A stretch of 64,000 nucleotides of DNA from Phyllosticta citribraziliensis (lineage: Eukaryota): contig NW_027117343.1 in the NCBI RefSeq assembly GCF_038025025.1, forward strand, positions 248,001 to 312,000, written 5' to 3'. This document shows, piece by piece, positions 23,790 through 35,758 of the stretch. The position numbers and the translations under genes were made by a program. Within the stretch, counting starts at the first letter, position 1. Each line of letters starts with the position of its first letter. Below the pieces are notes generated by a model. It was given only the letters and a program-made list of their open reading frames with translations. It was not told where the DNA came from and did no database searches.

Positions 23790-25985
23790 ATGCCCTCACC
23801 CTCGCAAGCCCCTTTCTCCCGTACCTTTTCCTTTGAGCGCGACGACGATAGCCGCCCGTACTTTTCAAACTCTGCTCCCTACGACGACGTCCCTCCACCC
23901 CCGCCAGTCCACCGCTCCATTCCTGCCCAGCAGAGTTATGGTCTGACGCCTCAGGCTCACCAATACCCATCCATCCCCCCGGTCTCGCCCACAACCCATC
24001 GCAGCCAGTCATCGTCATCGCCCGGAATGGATAATAATCATGGTGAGCCGCACCATTCTTCGCCCTCCGCGTGCCACTGTCGCACCGCTTCCATTCGCTT
24101 GCAAGCAATTAACCTTTTCCTGCAGCAAACTACCAACAGCCCTACGGCTTCGTCCCGCCTGCGACGCACATCATGGGCCACGGTCCTTCCGACTCCAACG
24201 TCTCCCGCGAAGGGTTGGCCTCTGGCGGTGCCCTGCCCGACAACATGTCCCACGGGAGCTTCCCGACCCCGGATTCCCACTCGCTGAGCCATGACGGCAT
24301 CTACGCCGACGACCCCTACCGCTCACGCGCGAATCCGTTTCAAAACATCGACCCCAACGAAATTGACGACGATGACGACGACATTGCCGCCTACCAGAGA
24401 GGCAACCGCGCGTCGGCTGCGAAAAAGGGCCTTGCGGCTGGAGGTGCGGCTGCTGGCGCTGGCGCTGCCGCCGCCGCCTTGTCCAGCAGGGACCCCGATG
24501 GTCACGGCAACTACGCGCCCATGGGACCCAACGGGCCCGGAGAGTACAACCACGGCTTCGCCAGCGAAAAGGCCGAGTGGACCGCCAAGGAAAAGGCCGT
24601 CAAGAGGAAGCGCAAAATCATCATCGGGCTGGTCGTGGCCTTCATTATTGCGGCCATCATTGCCGGCGCGGTGGCGGGCGGCATCATTGGCGCCGAAAGG
24701 GGAGGCAAGGATACGTCGGCGCCGGCATCAAGCCACAAGGACGACGATAGCAGGGGCGAGTATGACAAGGACTCGCCTCAGGTGCAAAGGCTGCTGAACG
24801 ACCCGGACCTCCACCGCGTCTTCCCGGGCATGGACTACACGCCGTTTAATGCGCAGTACCCGGACTGCATGCACAACCCGCCTTCTCAAAATAACATTAC
24901 GCTCGACGTGGCGGTGCTCACGCAGCTGACGTCGGCGATTCGGCTCTACGGCACCGACTGCAACCAGACGGAAATGGTGCTTGCGGCGCTGGACTTGCTC
25001 GACATCAAGGACGTCAAGGTGTGGCTCGGCGCGTGGCTGGGCAACAACCAGACGACCAACGATCGCCAGATGTCGCAAATGTGGAGCATCCTCGACAAGC
25101 ACGGCGCGTCGCCGTTCGCGGGCGTCATTGTCGGCAACGAGGTGCTGTATCGCAAGGACATGTCGGACACGGCGCTGGGCAAGATTCTGAAGGAGACCAA
25201 GGACAACATCACGACGCACGGCTGGAATCTGCCGCTCGCGACATCTGACCTGGGCGACAACTGGACCGAGCAGCTGGCGTCGGAAGTCGACATCGTCATG
25301 GCCAACATCCACCCCTTCTTCGCGGGCGTCGAAGCGCACCAAGCCGCATCGTGGACGTGGTCATTCTGGCAAAACCACGACGTCGCCGTGACCAAGAGCC
25401 TGACGGACAAGAAGCACGTCATCAGCGAAACGGGCTGGCCCAGCGCCGGCGGCAACGATTGCGGCACCGAGGCCGGCTGCACCAGCGATACGCAGGGTAG
25501 CGTGGCGGGTATTGATGAGATGAACATCTTTTTGGGCGACTGGGTGTGCCAGGCGCTCAAGAACCAGACCGAGTATTTTTGGTAAGTCTGCTTGGTCTTT
25601 CCCGGCAGCACGCAAAGCAGAGCGAGGCGGGGCGGAGCGAAGCGAGCGCTTAGCGTATCCAGCCAGACAGCTGCTTGCAACGAAGCGCCGCGCCGCTCCG
25701 CGCAGCGCCCCAGCTTCACACCATTTTCTCAGCTAGTCCAAACCCGCGGCCGGCCGGCTCGCAGCACCGAAAATAAACGAAGCAAAAAGGACCGTTGCTA
25801 ACACGTGAAACAGGTTCGAAACGTTCGACGAGCCGTGGAAGATCCGCTACAACACCAAAGACGAGCAGTGGGAGGACAAGTGGGGCCTGATGTCGGTCGA
25901 CCGCAAGCTCAAGCCCGGCGTCAAGATTCCGGATTGCGGCGGCCAGAAGGCGAAGGTTGTTACCGGCAATCCTGCTGCGGTGTAG
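23790..25985 (+). CDS. btgC: Glycoside hydrolase family 17 beta-1,3-glucanase/glucanosyltransferase, type II membrane-anchored (btgC-like), ~626 aa
   Basis: Exons 23790-24042, 24126-25581 and 25814-25985 (GT-AG, in phase). TM segment after KRKRK ([25 protein letters not shown]). GH17 motifs [48 protein letters not shown] and WEDKWGL. Confidence 0.92.
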
Positions 25986-27560
25986 AGGGGGGTTGTGAGT
26001 AATGAAGTGCTTGCTCCTGGACTCGAGAGAGGGGGGAGCCAGAAAGCAAGCGAGCAAGCAGTGGAAGAACAAGACGGCGACGACGGCGACGAATTTTCCT
26101 TGTGGGTTTGGCGGGCGGACGGTTTATTTGGGTTGGGCTTCACCACCCGATATTGGAGATGGGCGGCGGTGGGAGGTACGCGATCCTGACATTTCCCCCC
26201 CTTTTCTCTTCAGCTCCTCTTTTTCCAAGAGATGTGCGCGGGTAGGGAGAGCCTTACAAGGAGAGACACGGGGCTGGTTGGCGGCTACATTGTCCGATTT
26301 TGTTGTTGTTTTGTTGCATTTGGTAAAGGATAGGACAGGTAGGATGGGATAGGATTACGCGTCATGGGTTTATGGATTCAAGATTTCTGATTCAGATTCA
26401 AGTTCTCATTGTTAGTTGGCTGATTGGGCCGTCGTTGGTTGTGGATGTGATGTTGGTGATGGTGTTTGGCTTGCTGGTAGAAGGGGCGTTGCTTTCTCTT
26501 CAACACTCAGATTGCATTGCCTGTTTGGGACTAGCACCGCCGACGCACGTCTTTCTTCGCGGTGTGTCGACGCTCTTCGTTTCTTCTCTCTTCTCTAACT
26601 GGTCAATCGCGTCACTTTTCTGCCTGCGCTGCTGGCTTGTTACGAGGCGCTGCTCTCCTCACCTCTCGCTCCTCTCTGGGCAGTCACCTTCTCCGCTACC
26701 TACAGTTCGACGCGACTCTCTCCGCTACCCTTCTCCTCTTTACCAGGTTGACCTCACGTCACCCTCTCGCTTGCGGTGCTGGCTCGAAACAACCGCTGCT
26801 CAAACGACTCCATCACCTGCGCTATCCAGTGCATTGAGCAATCCGTCACCTTTCTTCGCAACACGTCGACGGGACCATCTCCTCTTCTCTCTCAAGGTTT
26901 CTTTGCAACATTCTCTCACTTGACCTGCTGGCTCGAAACAACGCGCTGATCTGTTTACGCCTCCTCGCCTTTCCTTCCTTTCTACCTCGAACGACTCCAT
27001 CTCCTTGATCTTCCACAATCAATTGAGCGATCAATTGAGTGAGGCTACGGCCAGTCCTCTGCGTCCTCTGCGCCCTCTGCGCCCGTCCTCTGATACTGGC
27101 AGTGGTGGTGTAAGTGCGCGGTTTCACCTTCGATACTCAGATTTGCTAACCAGGACTAGCACAGCCTACGCACGTCTTAGTCGCGCCGCATTGACGCGAC
27201 TCTCTCCTCTCCTCACCTCCGCCACTGGAAGCCAGTCCTGAATGCTCCCCGTCATCTTCAGTGATCGAAAACTTTGTTGATACACGGCTGCCAGAACGAA
27301 ACACGGATTCGGAGGGCAACAGTCGGCTAGCGAAGTCGAGGAATCAGTTGGCGCTCAACTCCCGACCTTCGACATTCGACCTGTCTCACTGGGATTCCAC
27401 TGGCAAATGCTTCGCCCGATTGCCCTGCTCCTCTTGTCTGATCGGAGTCCACCTCACCATCTCACCTGCTGACTTATCGAAAAGCGCTGCTCTCGTCTGC
27501 TATTCATTTGGATCTACCTTCGCGCTGGGTGGTAGTGTCAAGAAGCACTCAACCTACACC

Positions 27561-28635
27561 ATGGACACCACCGCAGGAAGTACGCCATATCTAACCCCTT
27601 CAGTAACAGAATCAATCCAAGCTGACTTCTTAATTCACCTTCAAGGCTTTTTCGGAGGCTTGAAAAAGCTCGTCGACAACAACTTCAAGAGCAAGTGGAA
27701 CACGGACCTGACCATTGTTTGCAAAGGCGAGAAGCTTTTTGCGCATCAAATAATATTGGGCGCGCATTCCGAATTCTTCCGCAAGGCTTGCGATCCGGAA
27801 TCGTTATTTAAGGTGAGATTGGTATTTGTGTAGTCGTTCCTTTGGCTTGAGCTGATGCGCAGCGCAGGAGGCTAGGACCGGCGTGATCAACCTGGAAGAT
27901 GATGATCCGTTCTTCGTCAAGCTCATGCTGGTGTACTGCTACAGTGGTGACTTGGACGACAAGATGATTGCTGAATGGGACAAAACACATTACAGCCGCT
28001 ACCCTGATAAGGAAGTGGGCACCGCAATTTTCAGCGTCCTCATGTACGCCTTGGCGGACAAGTACCAGATCAGGGATCTCAAAATCAAAGCAGCAGACCG
28101 CCTGAGGTGGTGGTTTTGCTTGTCAATTGATATCGAGTTTTCGCCAGTTGTGCTTCCGGAACTTGCCCGCAAAATATACACAACAACCCCTAGCACGGAT
28201 CAGGGATTGCGCGACCTTGTTTTGTTCTACGTGTTAGAAAATGTCGACTTCCTCATGAGGATTCGGCGCTTCAAAACCACAATGAGCAAAATTGATGGCT
28301 TCTGGGCAGATTTCGCCGAATACACCATACAGGTTGGCAAGAGAGAACGCCAGTGTCCAGAGTGCTACGGGTATTCCGAGCCGGAATTCCCCAGGTGGAC
28401 CGTCCGCCGCAACGGAGCCTCAGCCGAATGCCAACATTGCGAAAAGAGCCACAGCTGGGAAGAGTGGAACGATTTAGAGGACACAGACGAAGCCATCGAA
28501 CCTGACGACGACTCGGATGATGAGGCAACCCAGTCTTTGGAATCGAACAACAAACGCAAGGCAGACGAGGTAGACGAGCGGAACTTGTTCCCGTCAAAGG
28601 CCCGCAGGCTTGCCAGGCGCGCCAGCGTTCCTTGA
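27561..28635 (+). CDS. BTB/POZ-domain protein with C-terminal C4 zinc ribbon and acidic/basic tail (paralog 1)
   Basis: Exons 27561-27812 and 27868-28635, with a possible extra in-frame intron at 27580-27645. BTB motifs TDLTIVCKGEKLFAHQIILGAHSEFF, EARTGVINLEDDDP, MYALADKYQI and YTTTPSTDQGLRD. CPEC-x21-CQHC follows. Confidence 0.88.
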
Positions 28636-30201
28636 TCAACAAAGGATGATCTCCTGCTGCAAGAAGACACGGCTTCTGTGAAGTACGATCTCAATTTCTC
28701 CCCTCGACAGCCGAGCTTCAACATCCAACCATCGAAAGGTTATTTGCCCGGAGGAACCGAATAGAACACGGCCTTGTTGAGGCCAAATAAATCATTACTG
28801 GGTTCTCCTACACGAAGAAAGGACACAGTGGGCGAAGGTGCTTGCCCGACTGAGGTGGATTGGGTTAGTCTACGACGGAAAAGAGCGGTTCGAGAGTGGA
28901 TCAGTGAGTTTGCTGGAACGACAGACTGGACTGGAATGGAATAGACGGCTGCAGATCCGACAAAATGGATGATATTGACCTGGCTAACTGCATGTGGCTT
29001 TCCACACAAGGCGACGCATGGATGCAAGCATGCATGCGCGAGTGGCTCCTGGAAGGCGAAAAGTACGTGCATAGGAGGTACCTACATCTACATGCCTTGA
29101 CGAATGCTGCTTGAAACCTTGGGGCTGCTCTACGAGCTATGCGCGCTGTGCTATGCATGCGCTTTGTAATCTGACCATCTCCTTTCTGCGTTCACCGCAG
29201 CATCCTCCTCGCCCCCTATTTCTCTCTTCGTCTTTCCTCACATTGCACTCACCAATCACACCGCCCACAAGTCCTCCGCACCCTTGGCTTCAACACGCAA
29301 CACTGCCACGCTATCACATCCCACCATACAGTCGCAACGCAGTAAAGCGGCACGTCAAAGCCAAAGTTCAGCCCAAACAAACAACAGCTGCGAGTGCCGG
29401 CGATGAGCGCACGAGCTGGTTGACTGGCTGGCTGGCTGATGGCTGATGACCGGGCATGCTACTTTTTCGTCTCTTCTCTTCTCCTCTTCTTCCTGACTGT
29501 CCTCCTTTGCGTCGTTTGCTGTCTATCTCCTTGCGCCAGTCACTTTTTGCCACCTGCTGCTCCACCTCACGCATTGCTTCGGCTCCGTTCAGGCATGATG
29601 GCTCGCTGGCTATCTCGCTCGCTTGTGGGTCCGTTGGTCTGGTCTGGTCTGGTCTGATTCGGGAGGAGGGGACAAAAAGGAAGGGGGGCGCTGATGCTGA
29701 TGATGACGTTGGCTTGGTTGGACAGAGGAAATGAATTCGAGGCGAGACAGGTGGAGAAGACGAGTGCAATGAATGAATGCCTCGCATTGTATAGAGTGTA
29801 GACTTGCTTGCCGCCCACGTCTCCATTTGCGTCTCCGATTCCGCAATCAATTCACCATCGCCATATCCACCCACCACCACCCCCTTTCCATCACTTCCGC
29901 TCCCTGCGCAAACAAACAGTCGGCGTCACAACTCACAACCAACATCACTGACACTGACACTGTGCCTTTCGCCTCGCGACAGCGCACGCCAGCTACAAAT
30001 TCCATCTGGTTCTGAAATAGCATTCGAGCAGTGCGGTACAGTCGCGGATCAAGTTTGGATTATCGCTTCATTTCCTCACGCATCATCTCGTCGCCGGCTG
30101 CAACCCCCGATGGGCCAGAAGGTGAGAGCGCGACCTACTACCGTAGTCTCGTGCCAAACGTGCCGCTCACATGGCCTGCCTGCCTTCCATGCCATACGCT
30201 T

Positions 30202-30227
30202 CCCCCCCCCCCCCCCCCCCCCCCCCC
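30202..30227 (+). repeat. Poly-C tract (26 nt)
   Basis: Uninterrupted C run. Confidence 0.9.
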
Positions 30228-30975
30228 GTCACGTCACGCCAGTCAGTCCGACTCCGAGTCACCACCCCACGCTCCTACATCCACCCGTCGTCCCGCATCG
30301 TCGTCATGGCCAGTCCGTCAGTCAGCCAGTCAGCCAGATATTTACACAGATAAACACGAACAAAACCTGCCCGGCCGGTAGATATTCAGATAAGAGTGTG
30401 CGGTGTGGTTTACAAAAAACGAGTTGGGGTGGGGTGGGGTGGGGTGGCAAGGAAGGTGGCGGATTAAGGACGAGGTCAGGCAGGTCAACGACTGAGAGGA
30501 ATAGAGAGACAGAGAGAGAGAGGGAGAGCTGCAGGTGCAGGTGCAGGTGCAAGGAAAAGGACGAGCACAAGGAAGCAAGCAACGCAGCCGCAAAGGAAAG
30601 CAAAGCAAAGGAAAGATTAGATCAATCGGAGAGAAAAGGCGAAGGAAGGAAAGCGAATAAAAGAGAAAGACAAAGCGCGCTAGATACGTCCGTCACGTTA
30701 CATCGTCGTCGTGTCCTCATCAGGTCGGATACGTCCTCCTCCACCTCCTGCTCCTCACCCCCCTCTTCTTTTACTTCAACTTGTATCGAAACCCCCACCT
30801 CCACAGCTTGGGAGCCCATGGCGTCACGGTCGTTCAGAAGACACCAAGCCTTGCGGTGGGTAATGTTGCTCTGACGCATGCTATGCACCTTTCGCCTTTG
30901 CTGACTGAGGCGTCGAGGACCGCTCGCTTCCGCTCATGTTCCTCTCAAGGCGTCGAATCCAGGCCGCCGTCCACC

Positions 30976-33900
30976 TCAAAGCTCGTCCTTGAGCCCCCGC
31001 ACCTTTTCCTTGACTTCCTCCACCTTCTCCTTGACGCTGTCGACCACGCCCTCTGCCTCCTTCTCCGGCGCCTTGTCAAAAGTCGTCGCCTCTCCGACCT
31101 TCGCCTTGGCACTTTCGACAGCCAGGGCCAGTCGGCTCGACGCGCTCGCCAACGCCTCGCTCGCGGCTTCGTACGCGCTCTCCACGCTAGCTGCTGCGCC
31201 CGCGCCCGTCGAGGTGGGCGTTGCGCCGTAGATGGCGTCGGAGAGCTGAGCTTGCGCGGCTGACGCTACAGCGAGGAGGCTGGACTGGGCCTGCTCGGCG
31301 TAGCCAGGCGGAGTGCCGTAGACGGCTTCGGATGCGCGGGCAGAGGCGGAGCTAAAGGCAGAGCTGGCAACTTCTGACGCTGACTCAAAGGCGCCCTTGG
31401 GCGTGCCGTGAACCTGGATACTGGCTGCCTCGACGGCGGCGTTGAGCTGGGCGTTGGCGGCTTCTAGGATGGATTCGAGCGAGGCAGGAGGGGTGAAGGT
31501 CGCATAGTCTGCGGCAACAGAGACGACGGACGATGCCGAGTCGTAGGCTTCGGATGCATATGATGAGGCGGCTGATCCGGCAGCGGGGAGGGCGGTTGCG
31601 TAGGCAGATTGCAGTCTGGAAAGGACACTTTCGGTGAAGGACGGCTCCTTGCCAACAACCAGCTCTGAAACGAGGTCCTGGACTGCAGCATACTGGGAAG
31701 CGGCAATTTCCGTGGCCTGGGCTGCGTGGGAAGAGGCATCAAGGTAGACAGAGGAGTACCACGGCGTGGGTTGACCGTAGACTTGCAGCGAAGCGCTAGA
31801 GACGAGAGAAGCCCAGTTTGCCGACGCTTGGGAAGCAACCGACTCGACTACACCGGTCGAAGTGCCGTAAACTGCCGAGCTTGCTTGCACAGAGGCTGCG
31901 GAGAGGGATTCAGACGCCACAGAGAGGGCGGCGTCGTACTTGGAAGAAGCAGCAGAGAGGACGCTTTCGGCGGGGGACTTGCTAGTCTGGCCAGCTACTG
32001 AGCTGGCTGATGCGAGAACGTCGTCAAAGTGGCTCGACGCAGCAGCAACGGCATCGGAGTACTTGCTCTGAGCCGCCGACAGGTACTTTTCGTAAGCAGG
32101 CGTCGGAGTGCCGTAGACTGCAGTCGAGGCGGCGTCGACAAACTCAGAGTATCGCGCATGAGCAAGGCCGATGCCTTCGTAGTAGCGGCGTTGAGCCTCG
32201 GCCATGTACTGCTGGGAGACGGGCGTGGGCGTTGCAACAACGGCATTCTTTGCGTTTGCGTACTGTTGAGACGCAAAACTCAGACCCTCGCTCAAACGAG
32301 AAGATGCTACGGCAGAAATGGACGATAGAGCATCAGTGACGGTGATGTCGTCGGAGTCGTCAATCTCGTCTTCAAAAACGACCTGCTTTGCCTCGGGGAC
32401 GGCTTGAGCGGCTACACCGCCCCAGACCTTTTTGACGGATTCAGTGGCTTGTTCAAGAGGTTCCTGGACAGGCTCCCCATGAACCACATGGCTAGCCTTG
32501 GAAGCAAAAGACTCGTAAGCCGGGGTCTCTGAGCCAAAGACAGCCTCGCTTGCCTTGGTAGCGACGGATTCGTAGGCTGGCGTCTCCGAGCCAATGACGG
32601 CTTCGCTGACCTTGGTAGCAACAGACTCGTAGGCTGGCGTCTCGCTGCCCAGGACAGCCTCGCTGACCTTTGAGGCGACAGACTCGTGAGCTGGTGTATC
32701 GGTACCGAGAATAATCTCGCTTGCGCTTGAGATGAGAGCGTCGACATCGGCTTCGGGTTCAGGAGTACCAACAATAGCCTCCTTGGCTTGGTCCTTCTTG
32801 TAGGCGGCGGCGGAAAGGACAGTCTGCGCCCCATCGGCAACCTTGTCGTAGGCCTCAGAGGCTTGAGAGCTAGCAGCAGACGAAACGCTTTCGACAGTGC
32901 CCTGAGAGCCATAGACGGCTTCAGAAGCTTTGGTAGCAGCTTGTTCTGCGACGTTGGGCGTAGTTCCGTAGACTGATTCACTGGCGTGGGCTTTTGCCTC
33001 GTCCACTTGCTTCTTGGCTGCAGCGGTAGCGCTTTCGGCGCTTTCAGAAGCCTTGGAGATGATGGACTCGGAAGTCTCGTGAGAAGCACCGAGAACGGCT
33101 TCGCTGGCGTCGTTGATGACCTCCTGAGCAGCCTCCTTGGCCTTGCGGACGGCTGCAACGGCAGAGGCCGGGATGACCTTGGAGGAAAAGTCGTCGGAGG
33201 TGTCTTGGGTGTAGAGCTTGTACTTGGAAACCTCTCTCAGACGGACCAACTCTTTGGCAGCTTGTTCAGCGAGATCCATGGCCTGGCCTTCGACATCCTC
33301 GCCTGCTTGCTTGGCAGCAATCAGCCCCTTGTGCTCCGAAGCAACATCGACGACTTGTTTGCGCCACTCGTCAAACGTCTTTTTCAAAGCATTGTACTTG
33401 GCCCAGTCCTTGTAGGTGACGCCATCCATCCACGCCCAGCGCATTCCAATTTCTTGCAAGCCGAGATCGCGAATGTTGTCCACCACCTCGAGGGTAGAGT
33501 CGGCTGCGGCCTTGACAAGAGATTGAGTTTGATTGTCATACTTTTGCTTCCAAGATCTGACTGCCTGAGCCTTTTCTTTGACGGCCTGTCCCGAAGAGCG
33601 AATGGCCGAGAGAACCGTTTCTTGGGCCTCTTCAATGTCCTCCTCTGTGGGCTGTTCGGGCAACTTCTCAACAACGCTGTTAATCTTGGACTTGATGTTG
33701 GCGAATTTGGAAGCAATCGTTTCCTCCAATTGGACAATCAGGGCTTGGCCAACCCCGTTAGCCTGGCTCTGGATCTGGTGGTCTGTGATTTCTTTGACGC
33801 GCTCCGAAAGATCTTCCGATCCCTTGTTGGCGGCCTTTGTAAACTTTTCCTGCCAAGTCTTGAGGTCACTCTCGACCTTTTCGCGCACGTCAACGTCGCT

Positions 33901-34950
33901 GGCCTTGGCGGGTGCAGCAGAGCTGCTAGATGCAGTGGAAGCGGAAGGGGTCGCCGTCGCGGCGACGGAAGAGGACGACGATGAAAGGCTAGAGGCAGCG
34001 GAGGTTGCAGAGGAGGCGACATCGACAGCCTCAACGGCTGCTTCCAGCTTCTTGCTATCCTTGTATCGACCAAGCCTCTCACTGATTCTCATCAACTGCG
34101 GCTCGACATTGTCTCCGTAAAGAATGCGAATCTGGGGCCACACTTGTCGAAGCAAAAAGGACGAGGCCGAAGAGACGCCCCAGCGGGCGTATGGGTAGCC
34201 GACGTCCACGGTATAGTAGCGGCCTTGGTCGAAGGCATTTTGCGCGTGTGGGAGAACCACCTGGTAGGCGGGCAAGACCTTGTTCTTGTAGGCATCTTCA
34301 GCGGCCGAGGTTGCCTGAGCGTAGTAGGGAAAGATGGCACTGGACAATTGCTCAACGTGGGGCGCAAGGTTGGCGTCGTATTGGGCCTTGACCTTTTCCT
34401 GGGCCACATCTATCTGGGGCTTGACAGTCCGCTCCCACTCTGAAAGAGCATAGTCCCGGGCATGTGCGACGCGAGGAGCTCCATAGACATCATATGTGCG
34501 CTTGGTGAAGTCGGCGGACGGGGCGTAGACCTGATGGTTGAAGCGATCGACATAGGGTTGGGCCTTTTCGGCGTAGGGCGCGAGGTAGGAGTTGTAGTAT
34601 GGAGTGACGTAAGGCTCGAGATGGGAGTAGGTGTGCAGATACGGCTTGCAGATCTTGGGCGACGAATCGTCAAGGTCGTGGAGAGACCTGGGACAGCGAA
34701 AGAGGGTGGTCACGAGAGTGTACCACAGTGCCAGTCTGGTTGGCGGGTCAATTCAAAATTCTGTAGCGGTTGGTGGGCACATGGGCGCTTACCGAAGGAC
34801 ATTGCTGAACAGCCAGGCAGACCAGCTTCTGCGCTGGGAATTGGAGCGGTGGGAGCGATGGACGTTTCCATTCATGCTGGAATCAATGTTGCCGTTTGCC
34901 TCGGAGGGAGGTTGTGGCGCTTTTGCTTGGCCGTCAGGCGGCACGACCAT
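30976..34950 (-). CDS. Large A/S/E-rich helical ER protein (~1305 aa) with an N-terminal membrane anchor and C-terminal KDEL; conserved fungal family often mislabelled 'transcription factor hoxa13'
   Basis: Exons 34950-34793 and 34735-30976 (donor GTAAGC, acceptor CAG), giving ...WLFSNVLRLALWYTLVTTLFRCP. Conserved block IRDLGLQEIGMRWAWMDGVTYKDWAKY. Ends in GLKDEL. Confidence 0.85.
32500..32715 (-). repeat. Coding minisatellite, 57 bp / 19 aa, ~4 units (TPAYESVATKVSEAVxGSE)
   Basis: GA(C/T)TCGT(A/G).GC recurs every 57 bp inside the KDEL protein. Confidence 0.85.
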
Positions 34951-35758
34951 GGTGGGCGTGAAGGTGTGGAGGCGCGTGCGATCGACGCCGTCCGTGCAGT
35001 GGAGCGAGGATGGACTGATTCGGAGATGGTGATGGGTCGAGACAAGACGAGGCAGCACTCGAGGCAAGTTGAGCGCGGTGGAAGAGCAGGACGGCAGACA
35101 GGTAGAGCGGGCGGTGGCAGCAGCGGGTTTTGTGGTTGGAGTTGGATTGTTGGTGGTGCAATGCAGGCTGGCAGGGAATCAAGCTCCTGGGTGCAGTCCA
35201 GGTCCAGCGGCCAAGACGGTCACGTCATAGGCTGCCTTCACCAGGTTCAGGTGTCGTTGCGCTGCAGCTGGGAAAAGATGAGGTTCTTCTGCCGCATCCC
35301 GCTCGACGCGTCTTGAACAGTAGCCAGCTTATTCTGCCTGTGCCAGTGCCCGCGTGTTGCAGGACGAGCTGAGTCAGGACAGAGACCCTTCTTTACCTTA
35401 GTTTACGGTGGTTCCTTGCCTACACGTGATCTCCTCTTGGCTCCACCGGCACCTCACCACCTGCACCACGTCCCGTCCGGCCTTTCTGCCCGCCGCCATC
35501 CCATCCATCGTCCATCTCACTACTCGACTACTCGAAACCTTCTCCTCACCCCTCCGCTCCGGACACTCCCTTTGTTTACCCCCCGCTTTCCAGAATCAAC
35601 CCCCCTCTTCTCCACCCTTCCGGCCTCCTCGCTGTCCTCACAACGCTGCCTCGCCACCCCGTTGGACATGTTTCCTTGAACCTTGATAGACTCCGGCTTT
35701 GAGCCTACCAACTCTTCTTCGCCCCGTCGGCCCACGTCCCGCGCTCTCCGCCTCCACC

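Noticed and set aside
28824..28834. CACAGTGGGCG matching the MITE terminus downstream of BTB paralog 1
   Set aside because: I found no partner inverted end, no internal 33-bp motifs and no similarity beyond 11 nt.
29804..30874. 356-aa plus-strand ORF
   Set aside because: Runs through poly-C and GA repeats; composition indicates a chance ORF.
32986..33984. 332-aa ORF antisense to the KDEL protein (and similar antisense ORFs within DOA10, GH17 and GDPD)
   Set aside because: Shadow ORFs produced by the codon bias of the real gene on the opposite strand.
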